A stretch of DNA of 64,000 bases from Prorocentrum cordatum (Eukaryota), in the NCBI GenBank assembly GCA_963575745.1, contig CAUYUJ010000114.1, forward strand, positions 186,001 through 250,000, in the 5' to 3' direction. A model generated the notes under the pieces. The model saw only the letters and a list, made by a program, of their open reading frames with translations. It was not told the DNA's origin and searched no databases. Numbering within the stretch: position 1 is the first letter of the stretch; each line of letters begins with the position of its first letter. Positions 48,676 through 60,600 of this stretch are shown one piece after another. A program made the translations under genes and the position numbers.

Positions 48676-51252
48676 TCAGGCGGACTGGCCTATCCCTTGC
48701 GCAATGGCTGCGAAGACCTGCGACGGCAGCGCCTGCACCTCTCCCCCGAGGTCACCACTCCCGCCAGCCCGCCCTGGGGGCCCAAAGATCTGGCGCTCGA
48801 GATCCTCACCGAGGGCCACGTTCAGGGCGGCGACATTGGGGATCTGCTGCGGGAGCAGGCCAACCGGCGGCGGCGGCACCGCAGGGGGCGCCGTCAGCTG
48901 CGGCGGCGGCGGCGGGGCCATGATGGCCGCCAGCGGGGCTCCAGCAGGCGGCGGCGGCGGGCCCTGGCCGCCGCGGGCCGAGCCATCGGGGAAGCGCTGG
49001 CGGCGCGGACGGGGGGGGCACGCGGGGCGACCCCGGTGCCGCCCCCGCCGCCCGCGAGGCTGCCCTCCAGGAGGTTGTGGCGGCGCTCGTAGTCCGCCAA
49101 TTCCGCGTGCGCGGTCGCCAGGCGCTCCCTCTTGGCCTTCTTCCGCTGGCTCTTGCTGTAGCCCGCCCAGGCTGGATCGTTCAGCCCCCAGGCAACCTGC
49201 GAGTACAAGTCGGACCACTGGAACTCAGGCAGGTTGTCCCAGGAGAGCCCGTCCATTAGCACGTGGTGGCCCTCCCACTGCGGCTGCAGCGGATCGTAGC
49301 GCTTAAGGGCGGTGCCCACCGCCAGCGGCTCGACCTTGGGCAGGTGCTTCAGGAGGTCCACAGCGCTGAGCACCGCTACCCCCTCCTTCTTGAGCTTGTC
49401 GCGACGCAGCAGAGCCTTCAAGTCGCGGATGCCCTCCTGGGGGAAGTCCGCGTGCATGTAGTACGCGCGGGGCGGGCTCAGCTCTTCCTCTATCATCTCG
49501 ATACAGACGCCGTAGGAGGTCGTGTAGCGCGCGCCACAATGGCAGTGCCAGCGCTGGCCAGACTCCCCCGCCGCCCCCTGCGCACAGGTGAGCAGTTGCG
49601 CCCAGTGATCCGAACGGATCACCGAGCAGCATCCCTTGGGATTGTCCCAGGTCTTGTTGGCCGAGCACTTGTAGTACATGTTGAACGTAAAGCCCTTGCC
49701 GCGATAGAGCTGGTCCGTGTAGTCGCCCATCCGTCGGTGGGCCTCCTGCGCCATGGCGTTGCCCTGGCACTCCTCCTTCCACGCGCGCCTGTGTCCCAGG
49801 TGCGCGTCCACGACCTCCAAGGCCTCCAGGAGGCCCTTCTTCAGCCTCACCGCATCATCCTCTGCCTCCGCACCCAGCGCGCCGAGCCACTTCTGAGCCC
49901 CGCCCTGCGCCGCCGCGCCCTTCACCACGTCCTCTTTCTTCTCCAGGATGGGCCCCATGCCTCCCAGCATGCGGGCGCGCATGGTCTCGAATTTGAGGAC
50001 ACCGCAAGCCCGCGCCATACGCTTCAGCGATTTCTTGGAGAGGCCGAGCCGCAGCAGGGGCTCGACATCCGCGACCTCCTCCACAGTCTTGGCGTCGACC
50101 AGCTGGCGCCCCTGGCCCTCAGCGTCGTTGTCGAGCAGGGGGTCGCTTTCATCACCACGGGGAGGGTCTGTGGCGCCAGGTCCATCCTCGAAGGGTGGAG
50201 GTGGCGCGCGGGGCGGCCCCGGCACCACCTCCACCGTCATCGGGCGACCGACCTCCTGCGCCACCGTCTCCGTGGCCGGAGGGGCGCCCACGCCCTCCGG
50301 GGCGATGCCCACCCCGACGCCTTCCGTCGCCCTCCGCAGGGCTGGCAGGCCGTCGTTGGAGAGCGCGTAACCCACGAGCACGTCCATGCCCTCCTTGATG
50401 TGGTCGAAGCTCGCGCGGAACTTCGCCACGCGCTTGGCGGCTTAGCTCCCTTGTTCTGGCGCGCCGCGTGCGTCGCAGCCTCGTGCTCGGGGATGCCCTG
50501 CGCCGCCGCCACGCAGCGCGAGCGCGTGTGCAGTTTGCATTGGCCTTGATCCCCCTTCCGCAGCTTGGGGCGCTGAGGGTTGTGCTCTGAAACTGCGGCG
50601 TAGCGGCGCATTTCGCCACGTTTGAGCTCGTCCACGTACTCCACCATCATGACCTTCCAGTCATCCAGCTCAGCGCACTCACGACACCAGCCCAGGCGCT
50701 GCGGCGGGAGCCAGTGCGCACCCATGCAGTGCACGTAGCCCGCCGCGAGGTAGTCCACGCCCGTCATCATCTCAGCGTCCTCGAGCTCAGCGGCCGCGCC
50801 GCCGCTCGGTGAGGGGGCTTTGCCGTAGGCGGCCTTGTTGCTGCGACGGCGGTGGCGTTTGCCGCCGCGCCCGCTGAGGGCGCCCGTGGTCGCCGCACTC
50901 GGGGCCTCACTGGCGGTCTCACCGCCCCTGAGGCGGCAGCCGTCGGCGTCGCTGCGCGCGCCCCGCCCGCCGTGGCCGCTCACAGACTGCCCCCGCCGCT
51001 GGAGGTTGCGGAGCGCGAGGGCGATCGCGTCCAACCCGCGGCGCTGCTCCACGGTGAAGTTGGAGTAGGTGGCCGCCGCCGCCAGGGCCGCCTTCGTCAC
51101 TGGCACCACCGCCGACGGGGGCATCGCCGAGGGCTCAGCGGGCGCCCTGGCCGTCGCCGCGGGGGCGCCGTCAGAGGCACCGTCAGAGGCAGCGGCGCTG
51201 GGGGCGGCCCCCGCACCGCTGCCTCCGTCGGCACCCTCAGCAGGCGTCGCCG
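48676..51252 (-). pseudogene. Intronless hypothetical gene with Cys motifs, frameshifted, between two (CTA)n tracts
   Basis: ORF 50237..51124 is open to the microsatellite edge at 51252 and joins ORF 48894..50429 at ~50440. Motifs WCREC and YYKC...CCSVIRSDHW...QRWHCHCGARY; the probable C-terminus is in frame 48676..49218. Confidence 0.5.
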
Positions 51253-51358
51253 ACTACTACTACTCGTACAACTACAACTGCTACGACTACTACAACTCCT
51301 ACGACTAACTGCGACTACTACGACTACTACCACTACCACTACTACGACGACGACAACG

Positions 51359-51402
<44 letters not shown>

Positions 51403-51463
51403 AAGTGTTGCTAGTACTGCCCGTGCTACTACTACTACTACCACTACTACTACTACTACTACA

Positions 51464-51501
<38 letters not shown>

Positions 51502-51551
51502 CACTACGACTACGACTACTACGACTACTACGACTACTACGACTACTACTG

Positions 51552-51589
<38 letters not shown>

Positions 51590-51886
51590 GCTACTACTAC
51601 GACCACCACTACGACTACGGATACCATTACTACTGCCACAAGTATACCTACCAATATTCTTACGACCTGTACGGCCACGGCTACTACTGCTACGACTACT
51701 ACAACTACTACTACGACCATTGCTACTACTTCTACTACTGCTACTACTATCACTACTGCTACTACTACTTCTACTACTACGACTACTACGAATATGACTA
51801 GTACTACAGCTTCGACTACGACTACGACTACGACTACGACTACGACTACGACAACGACTACGACCACGACTAGGACTACGACTACG

Positions 51887-51951
<65 letters not shown>

Positions 51952-52184
51952 GACTGCTGCTGCTGCTGCTGCTGCTACTACTACTACTACTACGACGACT
52001 ACGACTACGACTACGATTGCTAATACTACTACGACTACTACTACTACTACTACTGCTGCTACTACTACTACTACTACAGCTACGACTACGACAACGACTA
52101 CGACTAGGACTGCGAAAACGACTGCGACTACTACGACTACTACTACTACAACTACTAATACTACTACTACTACCACTAGTACTA

Positions 52185-52225
<41 letters not shown>
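51253..52225. repeat. (CTA)n/(CTACGA)n microsatellite
   Basis: Directly visible. Confidence 0.97.
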
Positions 52226-52226
<1 letters not shown>

Positions 52227-52329
52227 GGGCTGACCGGGGGATGGTGGCCGGGCAGTTCGTCCGTGAGACGACTTAAGGGTGGTGATGGAAGTTTCGCGTT
52301 TCCAACGGCTTTAACAAACAAAAAGAAGA

Positions 52330-53225
52330 TTGTGGGTGTGGGTGTGGGTGTGGGTGTGGGTGTGGGTGTTGGTGTGGGCGGGGTGTGGGTGTTTCATGTA
52401 AGATGTATGATGATGTATGATGATGTGAGATGGTGTATGATGTTGTACGATGATGTATGCTGATGTATGATGGTGTACGATGATGTATGATGATGTATGA
52501 TGTTGTGCGATGATGTATGATGATGTATGGTGTTGTACGATGATGTGTGATGATGTAATGATGTATGATGACTGTTGTGTGGCGTTTGATTATGTTAGAT
52601 GTATGGTGATCGATGGTGTATGATGTTGGATGTTTGATGTTTGATGTTGAACGATTTCGGATGTTTGACGTTTGAGGTTTTATGTTAAAGGATGTTGGCT
52701 GATGCTTGATGTTTGACGTTTGGTAGTTGTTGACGTGTGATGTTTGATGATTGTTGATGTTTGATGTTTGATGATGTATGATGTTTGGTGTTTCATGTTT
52801 GATGATGTTTGATGTATGTATGATGTATTATGATGTATGACGCATGGTGTACGATAGTGTATGACGGTGCATTATGATGTATGGTTTTTTTTGTTGTGTA
52901 TTATGATGTATGATGTATGATGTTTGGTGATGTTGTATGATGTATGATGTTTGATGATATATGATGTTTGATGACGTATGATGTTTGATGGTGTACGATG
53001 TTTAATTATGTAGGATGGTTGATCATGCATGGTGTATGTACAATGTTGTACGACGCATGATGGTGTATGGTGTATGTGTAATGTTGTATGGTGAATGATG
53101 GTAGGGTGTATGTATAAAATTGTACGATGTCTGATGATGCATGCTGCATGTATAATGTTGTATGGTGCATGGTGATGTATGATATATGTCTCATGTTGTA
53201 TGATGAATGATGTTGTATGGTGTAT
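52330..53225. repeat. (GGTGTG)n followed by (GAT)n/(GATGTAT)n simple repeats
   Basis: Directly visible. Confidence 0.9.
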
Positions 53226-53244
53226 GTATCACGCCTTCGTCGTC

Positions 53245-53680
53245 AAGCCTCCCAGGAGGCTTCCCAGGAGGCCCTAGAGGCCTGTCAGGAAGCCCTAGAG
53301 GCCTCTCAGGAGGCCCCAGAGGCCTCTCGGAAGGCCCAAGAGGCCTCTCAGGAGGCCAAAGAGACCTCTCCGGATGTCCGAGGGGCCTGTCGGGAGGCTT
53401 AAGAAACCTCACAGGAGGCCCAAGAGGCCTCTGAGGAGGCCCCAGAGGCCTCTCAGGAGGCCCCAGAGGCCTCTCAGGAAGCCCAACAGGCTTCTCAGGA
53501 GGCCAAAGAGGCGCTCCGGATGCCCAAGGGGCCTCTCAGGACGCCAACGAGGCCCCCCAGGAGGCCCAAGAGGCCTCCCAGGAGGTCCAAGAGGCCTCTC
53601 AGGAAGCCCAAGAGGCCTCTCAGGAGGCCTCTCAGGAGGCCCAATATGTCTCTCAGGAGGCCCAAGAAGCCTGCCAGAAG
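53245..53680. repeat. 21-bp minisatellite GAGGCCTCTCAGGAGGCCCAA, truncated by the LTR
   Basis: About 20 diverged units ending abruptly at 53680. Confidence 0.9.
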
Positions 53681-53853
53681 TGTGTGAGGGTGAGGAGGAC
53701 CAATGGACCGACCCCACCCCCGAGTGTCCGTCGGTAGACGATGAGGGACGATGGTTTTACCCAACGTACCTCCAAGTATCGAGTACCTGTCATCCGAGCC
53801 AAGAGGGGCGATGGATATGAGCAAGATAGGAGGAAAGTAGGGGGATTCACACA
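53681..53853 (-). repeat. Putative 3' LTR (~173 bp) of the copia element
   Basis: Bounded by the 7-bp inverted repeat TGTGTGA (53681-53687) / TCACACA (53847-53853). Preceded on the minus strand by G-rich CGGGCGGGATCGGGACGGGG (PPT-like) and abuts the satellite. Confidence 0.55.
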
Positions 53854-54612
53854 CACACCCCGTCCCGATCCCGCCCGATGCCAACGCACAAAAGCGAAAG
53901 GCACCGAAGCGGGGATCGGGATAGGAGAGTGAATCTCTACTGAACTCCTGTCTGCAATCCACTGCTTCGGCCCAGGAAGGAAAGGAAGGGACAGCCAAAG
54001 CTCTGTCGTAAGGTTCGTACCCAACGGCGGCGCTAACCTGCAAAAAGTTTTACAGCGCCAGCCGCCGAGATAGAACCCAGGACAGTGCTGTGGGCTGGAG
54101 AGAAGTGGAATGGAGAGACTGAACTCTTATGACACCGACCCAAACGGTCGGTGCCCGAAGCAACACATGATAATCATGAATATGAAGTCTTCAATCCAAT
54201 ACCAAATCAAAGTAATCAAATCAGTCACGGTACGAGGGTGGTGAAAATCTTTTTATGCAAGTTCCATATCCAATCTGTACCAGATGCAATATGTACGTCT
54301 TGCCACAGTTCAAATCTAAAGGATATTTATGCAATTGTGCATTATGCGATTTTTTTTTTTTGAATCTATATGAGTAGTATTATCCCATCATGAGGATAGC
54401 TGTCACCATAAACTTTCTCACAGTTGTTGAGTCCATGAAGAGGAAGAATCCTTGAAGTGATATACTGATCAAAAGGTAAGTGCGAGCGTCCTCGAATACT
54501 ACATGTCATCGAAGAAAATGATATAATGCATCAATAGGCACATCAACAATACGATAAAGTTGGAAGCCATTCAAAATCTTATGGGCGGCATGGCAACCAG
54601 TTTCCTGGTGCG

Positions 54613-57600
54613 TCAGCGTGGAGGGTCCCAGCGCCATGATCTGCCCGTATATTTCCCCGATATGTACTTCTTATTCCATGCAGTCGCGCCCCATCCATTA
54701 TTGACGAACGGATCCCACGCTTTGATCCAGATGAACTCGCCCCAATGGTCGTACCACTGGCGGTCATACGGTGCAATTTGCCTGTCATAATAGTGGGCAC
54801 CGTATTCAGCACTGTACCCGTGGGTCACATTCGAAATGGCGGGGCGCTTTGCCAGAGGTGGTCCATCATCGGGACGCGCAGGCGCATATCTGGCAGCGGA
54901 GGCGGTATGGCCATGGCTGTCGAACGCGCCGGAAGAAGTACGATACTCGGATGTGTGTGGTGGTGGCTGGGGGGTTGGATCGGTCCCGCTCCCCCTAAAG
55001 TCACCCCCACTACTGCTTCCTGGAGCGTTGCCGCTGCGGTTTCCCGCTGCACTGGCGGTCTCCTGAAGCTGAGAGTAGTATTCTTCGCGCTCTCGCTTAA
55101 CACCGGATCGGATCTCGTCCCGGGACCCAGTCAAAGACTGTGGGTGTGCACGAATTTCTGCGGCGGTGATGGCACCGCGGAGAGATTCGCCCGGGACGTG
55201 AACGGTAAGGTGGTTGCGCTGAAAACGTTCACGAAGTGTTTCGGCTCCAAGGTTCGGCGCTCCGACCTCTTTCCTCTTTTTGGAGGCCTGCCAGAGGCGA
55301 TCGGCCTCAGTGGCAACTTCTAACGTCCATGCAACCCTACCAGCCTGAGTCCGAACTGTCGTCATCTGCTCACGAAACTCATCATCCTCCGCAAAGCGCT
55401 GTGCTAGAGACATGTATGGATGATACATGGGAGGATAATTTGGATTCTCAGGCGGGATGCCGTCCGCGTCGGCGTCTGCACGTAGCTTGTCGCACTCCTC
55501 CCGAGATGGAGAATTCCAAGCTAGCCACTTCTGATGCCGTTTGTCAGCTTTCTTCCCCATGTTTTGAAGCTCGTCTTTAGCGTCTGTCTGTGGCTTCTTC
55601 GAGCCACGCGTATCAATGGGGGCAGCTGTGATGCGCTGGGCGACGTCATCCGGCTGAGTGGCGGCAAACGCAACGAACTGTTCTCGCCAGGCCGCAACTT
55701 CGTCCGGCCATTTGGAGTTCTCGTACCTCATGCAAAAGGCACATTTCAGAGTGGCCCCAGGCGTGTCCAAATCAGCTGGCATCCGAGCGTTGCAAATTGC
55801 GCAAGACGGGATGCGAGTCTGTAGCTCTGGAGGTGCCAGTCCTGTGCTCTCGTCGAACTGAACGACCCCTGCGAGCAGGGTCGCGAAATTCTCCTGAGAT
55901 ACGCTCCCACCTGGCGCAGAGACGATTTGGCGGGCCCGATCGAGGTGATCAGGTTCAAGTGGGGCAAAGATCTTCTCGTCGTCTTCGTCCAAGATCTTGT
56001 CAAGGTCGCTGCGGTTTCCCGCTGCACCCTGAGACTCGGCGGAGGCGGAAGCAGCGACAGCCTGGTATGCATCTTGGAGAACTTGAGTGGCGAGTGTGCG
56101 TTGTGATAACTGTGAACCAACGACAGATTCAATAACGGTTTTGGTAGCCTCCACATTGTCTTGCGATGCTAGGGTTTCCCCTTGCTTCGTAGCCAATGTG
56201 GAAATCTTTCCGTCGTGGGGCGCCTCATTCACGAACTCATCCTCCACATAGGTCTCTGTGCCCATGCGGAGTGCAGCAAGGCCAGGATGATTCTGCACAA
56301 CCTCGGCGTTCTCAATGTCGATGAGTGCAAATTTGTCGCCAGCCTGCTGGTAGAGGTTCAAGTATGCCATGGCGCACCATGAACGTCTGCCGTATGCCAG
56401 GGTTCTGTATCGGAAAGTACCAATGCACTGGAAAAGGTACTTTGTGAAAGCTCTGTGTCCACATTGGTCTGGGAAACGGTGACACCATGGTGCATCGCAG
56501 TTGAACTCGAAGGTCATTGTTGTATTTGCGATATCGTCCATGTTCAAGACAACGGTGTACTCCATGGTCTGCTTCACTTTGGTGTTAACGACACCGTGAT
56601 GCCCAGATCTACGAACAATGTGGACTTTCTTGACTGCTTTGAAATAGTCTGGTAGGTCGGACTGATCTGGTCCATATGTGAGAGTTTTCTCCGCGTTATC
56701 CTCCATTGTTTCGATTTCATTGCGGATATCATTCAGCTCTGGGGACCAGTCATCCTTCTTGAGGAAGTCATCATCAGCATGTTCTGGAACATGTGGCACA
56801 GTGTCACCATTGCTGCGATTTCCCGCTGCGCCGTCATCATAACTTTCCTCTGGAAAATCCGTTGGTACAGGGATTTCGGTCGGCGAGCTCTGGTCCTGTG
56901 TGGGGACCGGCATCTCTGTAGGTGAACTGTGATCGTCTGCCGCCAGAGGGTGATCCTCCGCTGCCGGCGGAGGATAGTCGGGCGAGTGTGGAGTGATAGT
57001 CGGCGACGGAGGGTCAACTGCCATTGGTGTCGGTTCTGGTACGACTGTCGGCGATGACTGGGCCGGAGGTACATCGTCAGTGGGCACGTCCAAAGACTGA
57101 GGGCTCCTGATCAATTTAAGCAATTCACCTGGCTCAGCTTCACGAGCATCTATGTCGGCGACCTCCTCAACCTCTGGGGGCTGTTGACTGGGGGCGCTGC
57201 GGTGTCCCGCTGCACTAGAGGCGTCTGTATGCCTCTGGCGCAGTGGAGCACGAAGATCTCCCACAGCCCTGACGTCACTGGTCGGCGTCATGATCGCATG
57301 ACGGGGTGGAAAGTTAACTGGGGGACCGAAGCGAAGGTCATCTGGGAGTGAGTTGGCGTCAAAGTCTGGGCAAGGTACAACGCGGGCAAGCGTGTTGCCC
57401 GCAAGCATGCCCTTCGTGCCATCCCAAACGTTCATCCAGTGATCTCCGATTTTCACGGTCACGTATCCCATGAACTGGCCTACCTCGCGAATGGGTCCGA
57501 ATAGGGATCCCATTGGTTCGCCTTCATGAGGGCTAACGCGCTCGCCAACCCAGGAACCATCTGAGTGTTTCGATGGCGGGTGAGAGTAAAAGTAGCAAGC

Positions 57601-60600
57601 TTGTCTTGTTTGAACGTAGTCTCCAATCCGATAGGTCTCGTGGGGACCCATGGGCGGCCAGGCTGACGTGATGTGGCTAACGCGGCCCTCAGTGGCAGCC
57701 TGTAGAAACCATTGGTCGTAACGCTCGTGAATCTGACGATTACGCTCGCGCTCCTGGTCTGTTGTCAACTGCGAAGCTGCGGTTTCCCGCTGCATAACAG
57801 TTGGTATAGAGACGTCAGGGGCGGATGTGTCGCCAGACTCGTCACGATGTGCTCGGATCGGGGGTGCCACAGGGCGGATGTTAACCAACCCGACGGCCTT
57901 TCTAGCCGCTGTTAAGGCATTGATTGCATCAGCGAGTCTACTCTGTGTCCTCAGCAGCGCGGCCTCGGACTTAGCAAGGGCGGCTTCCCTCTCGGTGGCC
58001 TTCTGGGCAGCAGCCGCGGCCGCGTTGTGTGGGTCTAACGTGAGGCCCTCAACTCCCTCGGAGACTTCTTCCACGGCTGTATCTCTCGGCGCGGCGGTCT
58101 CCCGCTGCTCTGCTGCGATCTCTCGCTGCACGTGCGGGGGGGCCGAAGCGATGGGAGTGTGTGCCGGTGGAGGTCCTGGGGGGAGCGGCGGAACAGGCGG
58201 CGAAGCCTTGGCAATACCTTGTCCAGGTACAGCTCCCACTGGTGGCGGCGCATGCCGTGGTGGCGGTGGTGGAACCCTGTTGTCGCCCACGACCTGGCCA
58301 GGATACACGTTGGGAGCGATCGGCGGCGGTAACTCTCCTGGAGGAGGTCTGCCGACGCCTTCTGGTGGCGGGGCCTTCCTCTGGGGTGTCTTGGGAGCAC
58401 GTTGCCCAGGCTGGCCTGGCTGGAGTGGAGTCGGAGGCGGAGGCGGAGGCGGTGGAGGCTTCTTTGGCACATCGTTGCCTCGAGCCAGGGGTCTGGGCTT
58501 GTGCAAAGTCGGAGCAGACGGTTTAGGTGGGGTTGGAGGTGCAGCTGCGGTTGCCCGCTGCGCATCGCCCCACGGGTTATTGCCATGGCCATACACTTGC
58601 CATGGCCACGAAACTGTGGAGCGCTCATACTTGGACCGTGGCTCAGAATCACGAGGAGGTCTGGCCAGGTCGTCGTCGTCTGGGCGCCCCCAGATTATTT
58701 TGCCGGTAGCGATGTTCCTGCAACGAATAAGACAATGTACTGGGATGTCGCGTTCTGCCATTATCGCGCCCTGTTTACCCTTCCACCAAGTGATGCCAGC
58801 CGTAGCGCATTTCTGATGGTCAATCTGAAATTCACACTGTTTCTTAGCGGAATGAAAGACGTACGGCGGTATGGTGGTGTAGGGGTTCTGGCCGCAAGAG
58901 TGAGAGAAAGGATGAGCGGAGGCAAAGACCTCGGCACGGGTTGCCCCATGCTTGTGGTCTCGCTTGTCGAATCCTTTGATTATGCCTGGGTTAGACCTTG
59001 GTGAGCCTTCGGTAATGCTCCGCACTGAAGACAGCTCGGTTGCGTGCCAGAGATATGGAGTGTCATGAACAGACAACTCCTCCCAACCCATGTTGTGGGC
59101 TGTGGAATATGGGTGCACCTCGGACTGACCACCTGTGCTTCGTATGGCCAAGATGCGGCCGAACGGAAACGTAAGTGGATTGAGGTCAGAGCCGACGGGT
59201 GCAAACACTTCTGTGCGCGACTTTCCATCTGCATGGTATTGCAGCATACGAATGGCCATGTAACAATAGTAATCGGCCAAGTCGATGTAGTCACCATTGT
59301 CACGCTCAGTTTCCCAACACGCTAGGACGGCCTCGTTCGTGGGTGTCTTGCGGTATTCCCATTTCTCCTTCTTTTTGTGGTAGTATTCTTGCTGGCTGCG
59401 CTGCCAGCAATTCATCGCACACTCTCGAAAGGTGGATGTCTTGGAAAAATCGATGTTCAGACGCCGATCGTGATATGCGTTGGTCACTCCACTTGTGTGA
59501 CGGAGTATCGTCATGAGAAACTTGCTAAACTCCCAGCGTCCGAAGTCGCATCCATCAGGAAGAGGTGGGCCGTATGGGCAATCTCGCCATGGGGGCAAGG
59601 CGATCCACTCATATGCTCCCTCGAACCAGCGGCTGCCGACGAGATCGTCGGCGTATTTGAGCACGTGAATGTCCTGTTCATTGGTCAGGCGCCGCGGGTC
59701 GTTCTCGGGGACATTGTCCGGGATTGTTCTGCGAAGCAGTGGATCGACATCAAAAATGACAATGGCATTTGGATGATCGGGATCAATCAATGCTAACTCT
59801 CGTGGGGTCTTCCATCTGTCCATGTCATCTGTACGCTTCTTGACCCCGGAGAAGTAGCATGCCCGCTGTGGTGTCAAAACTTCGTACTTGGACGATGTCT
59901 CTTCGGCTACGGTTTCCCGTTGCAAGACCGTGTCATCGTCCTCGGACTCAGCGGTCGTCATCGGGTGGTTGTCCATCCACTGCTGGGCCTCCGGGTTGAG
60001 AGCCATTTCTTCCGCCAATCGGAGGTGCCGGGCATCGCCTTTACCGTTCTTCATAAGGTCAGGGTCGAGCAGGTAAAGGCCGGCGTAAATGGCGGCACAC
60101 AGTCGTGCGTGTCTCTCGCGCCAGGAGGTCTCGGATGTGCATTCCATGTAGCCAGTGATCCAAGAGTTACGGTCTGGTCCAAGCGATTTATTACGAGTGT
60201 CCTGGAGAAGGCCTCGGTATAATTTGGACATCTGAGAAACATGATCGGCCATGACATAATCGTCCTGAGTCATCACTAATGCATATGTCGGGTCAGCCGT
60301 CGTGTCCTCTGTGACTGGCAAGAAGGTAATGTCACCTTCTTGGTTCAGAACGGCGCGCATCCCAAGGTCCTCACGCTGCTGAATAGATTCTGCGTTGGAA
60401 GCAAAGGCCGTGGTTGCGCGCGTGGATGTCTCGTCTTCGTTTTTCATACCAGATCGCTTAAGATGTGCTGTGATCATTTTGGCGATCTCGGGAGCGACGG
60501 TAGGCGGGGCGGCGGCTGTAGCAACGGTTTCCCGTTGCACAGCTGCGGTGTCCCGCTGCTTGGTCCAATTGCAGAGGTTATGAGCGGCACGCATGCACAT

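Noticed and set aside
52231..53231. Alternative 1-kb LTR (TGA...TCA)
   Set aside because: Mostly simple repeat, with only a 3-bp inverted end, and separated from the element by the 21-bp satellite; 53681-53853 fits better.
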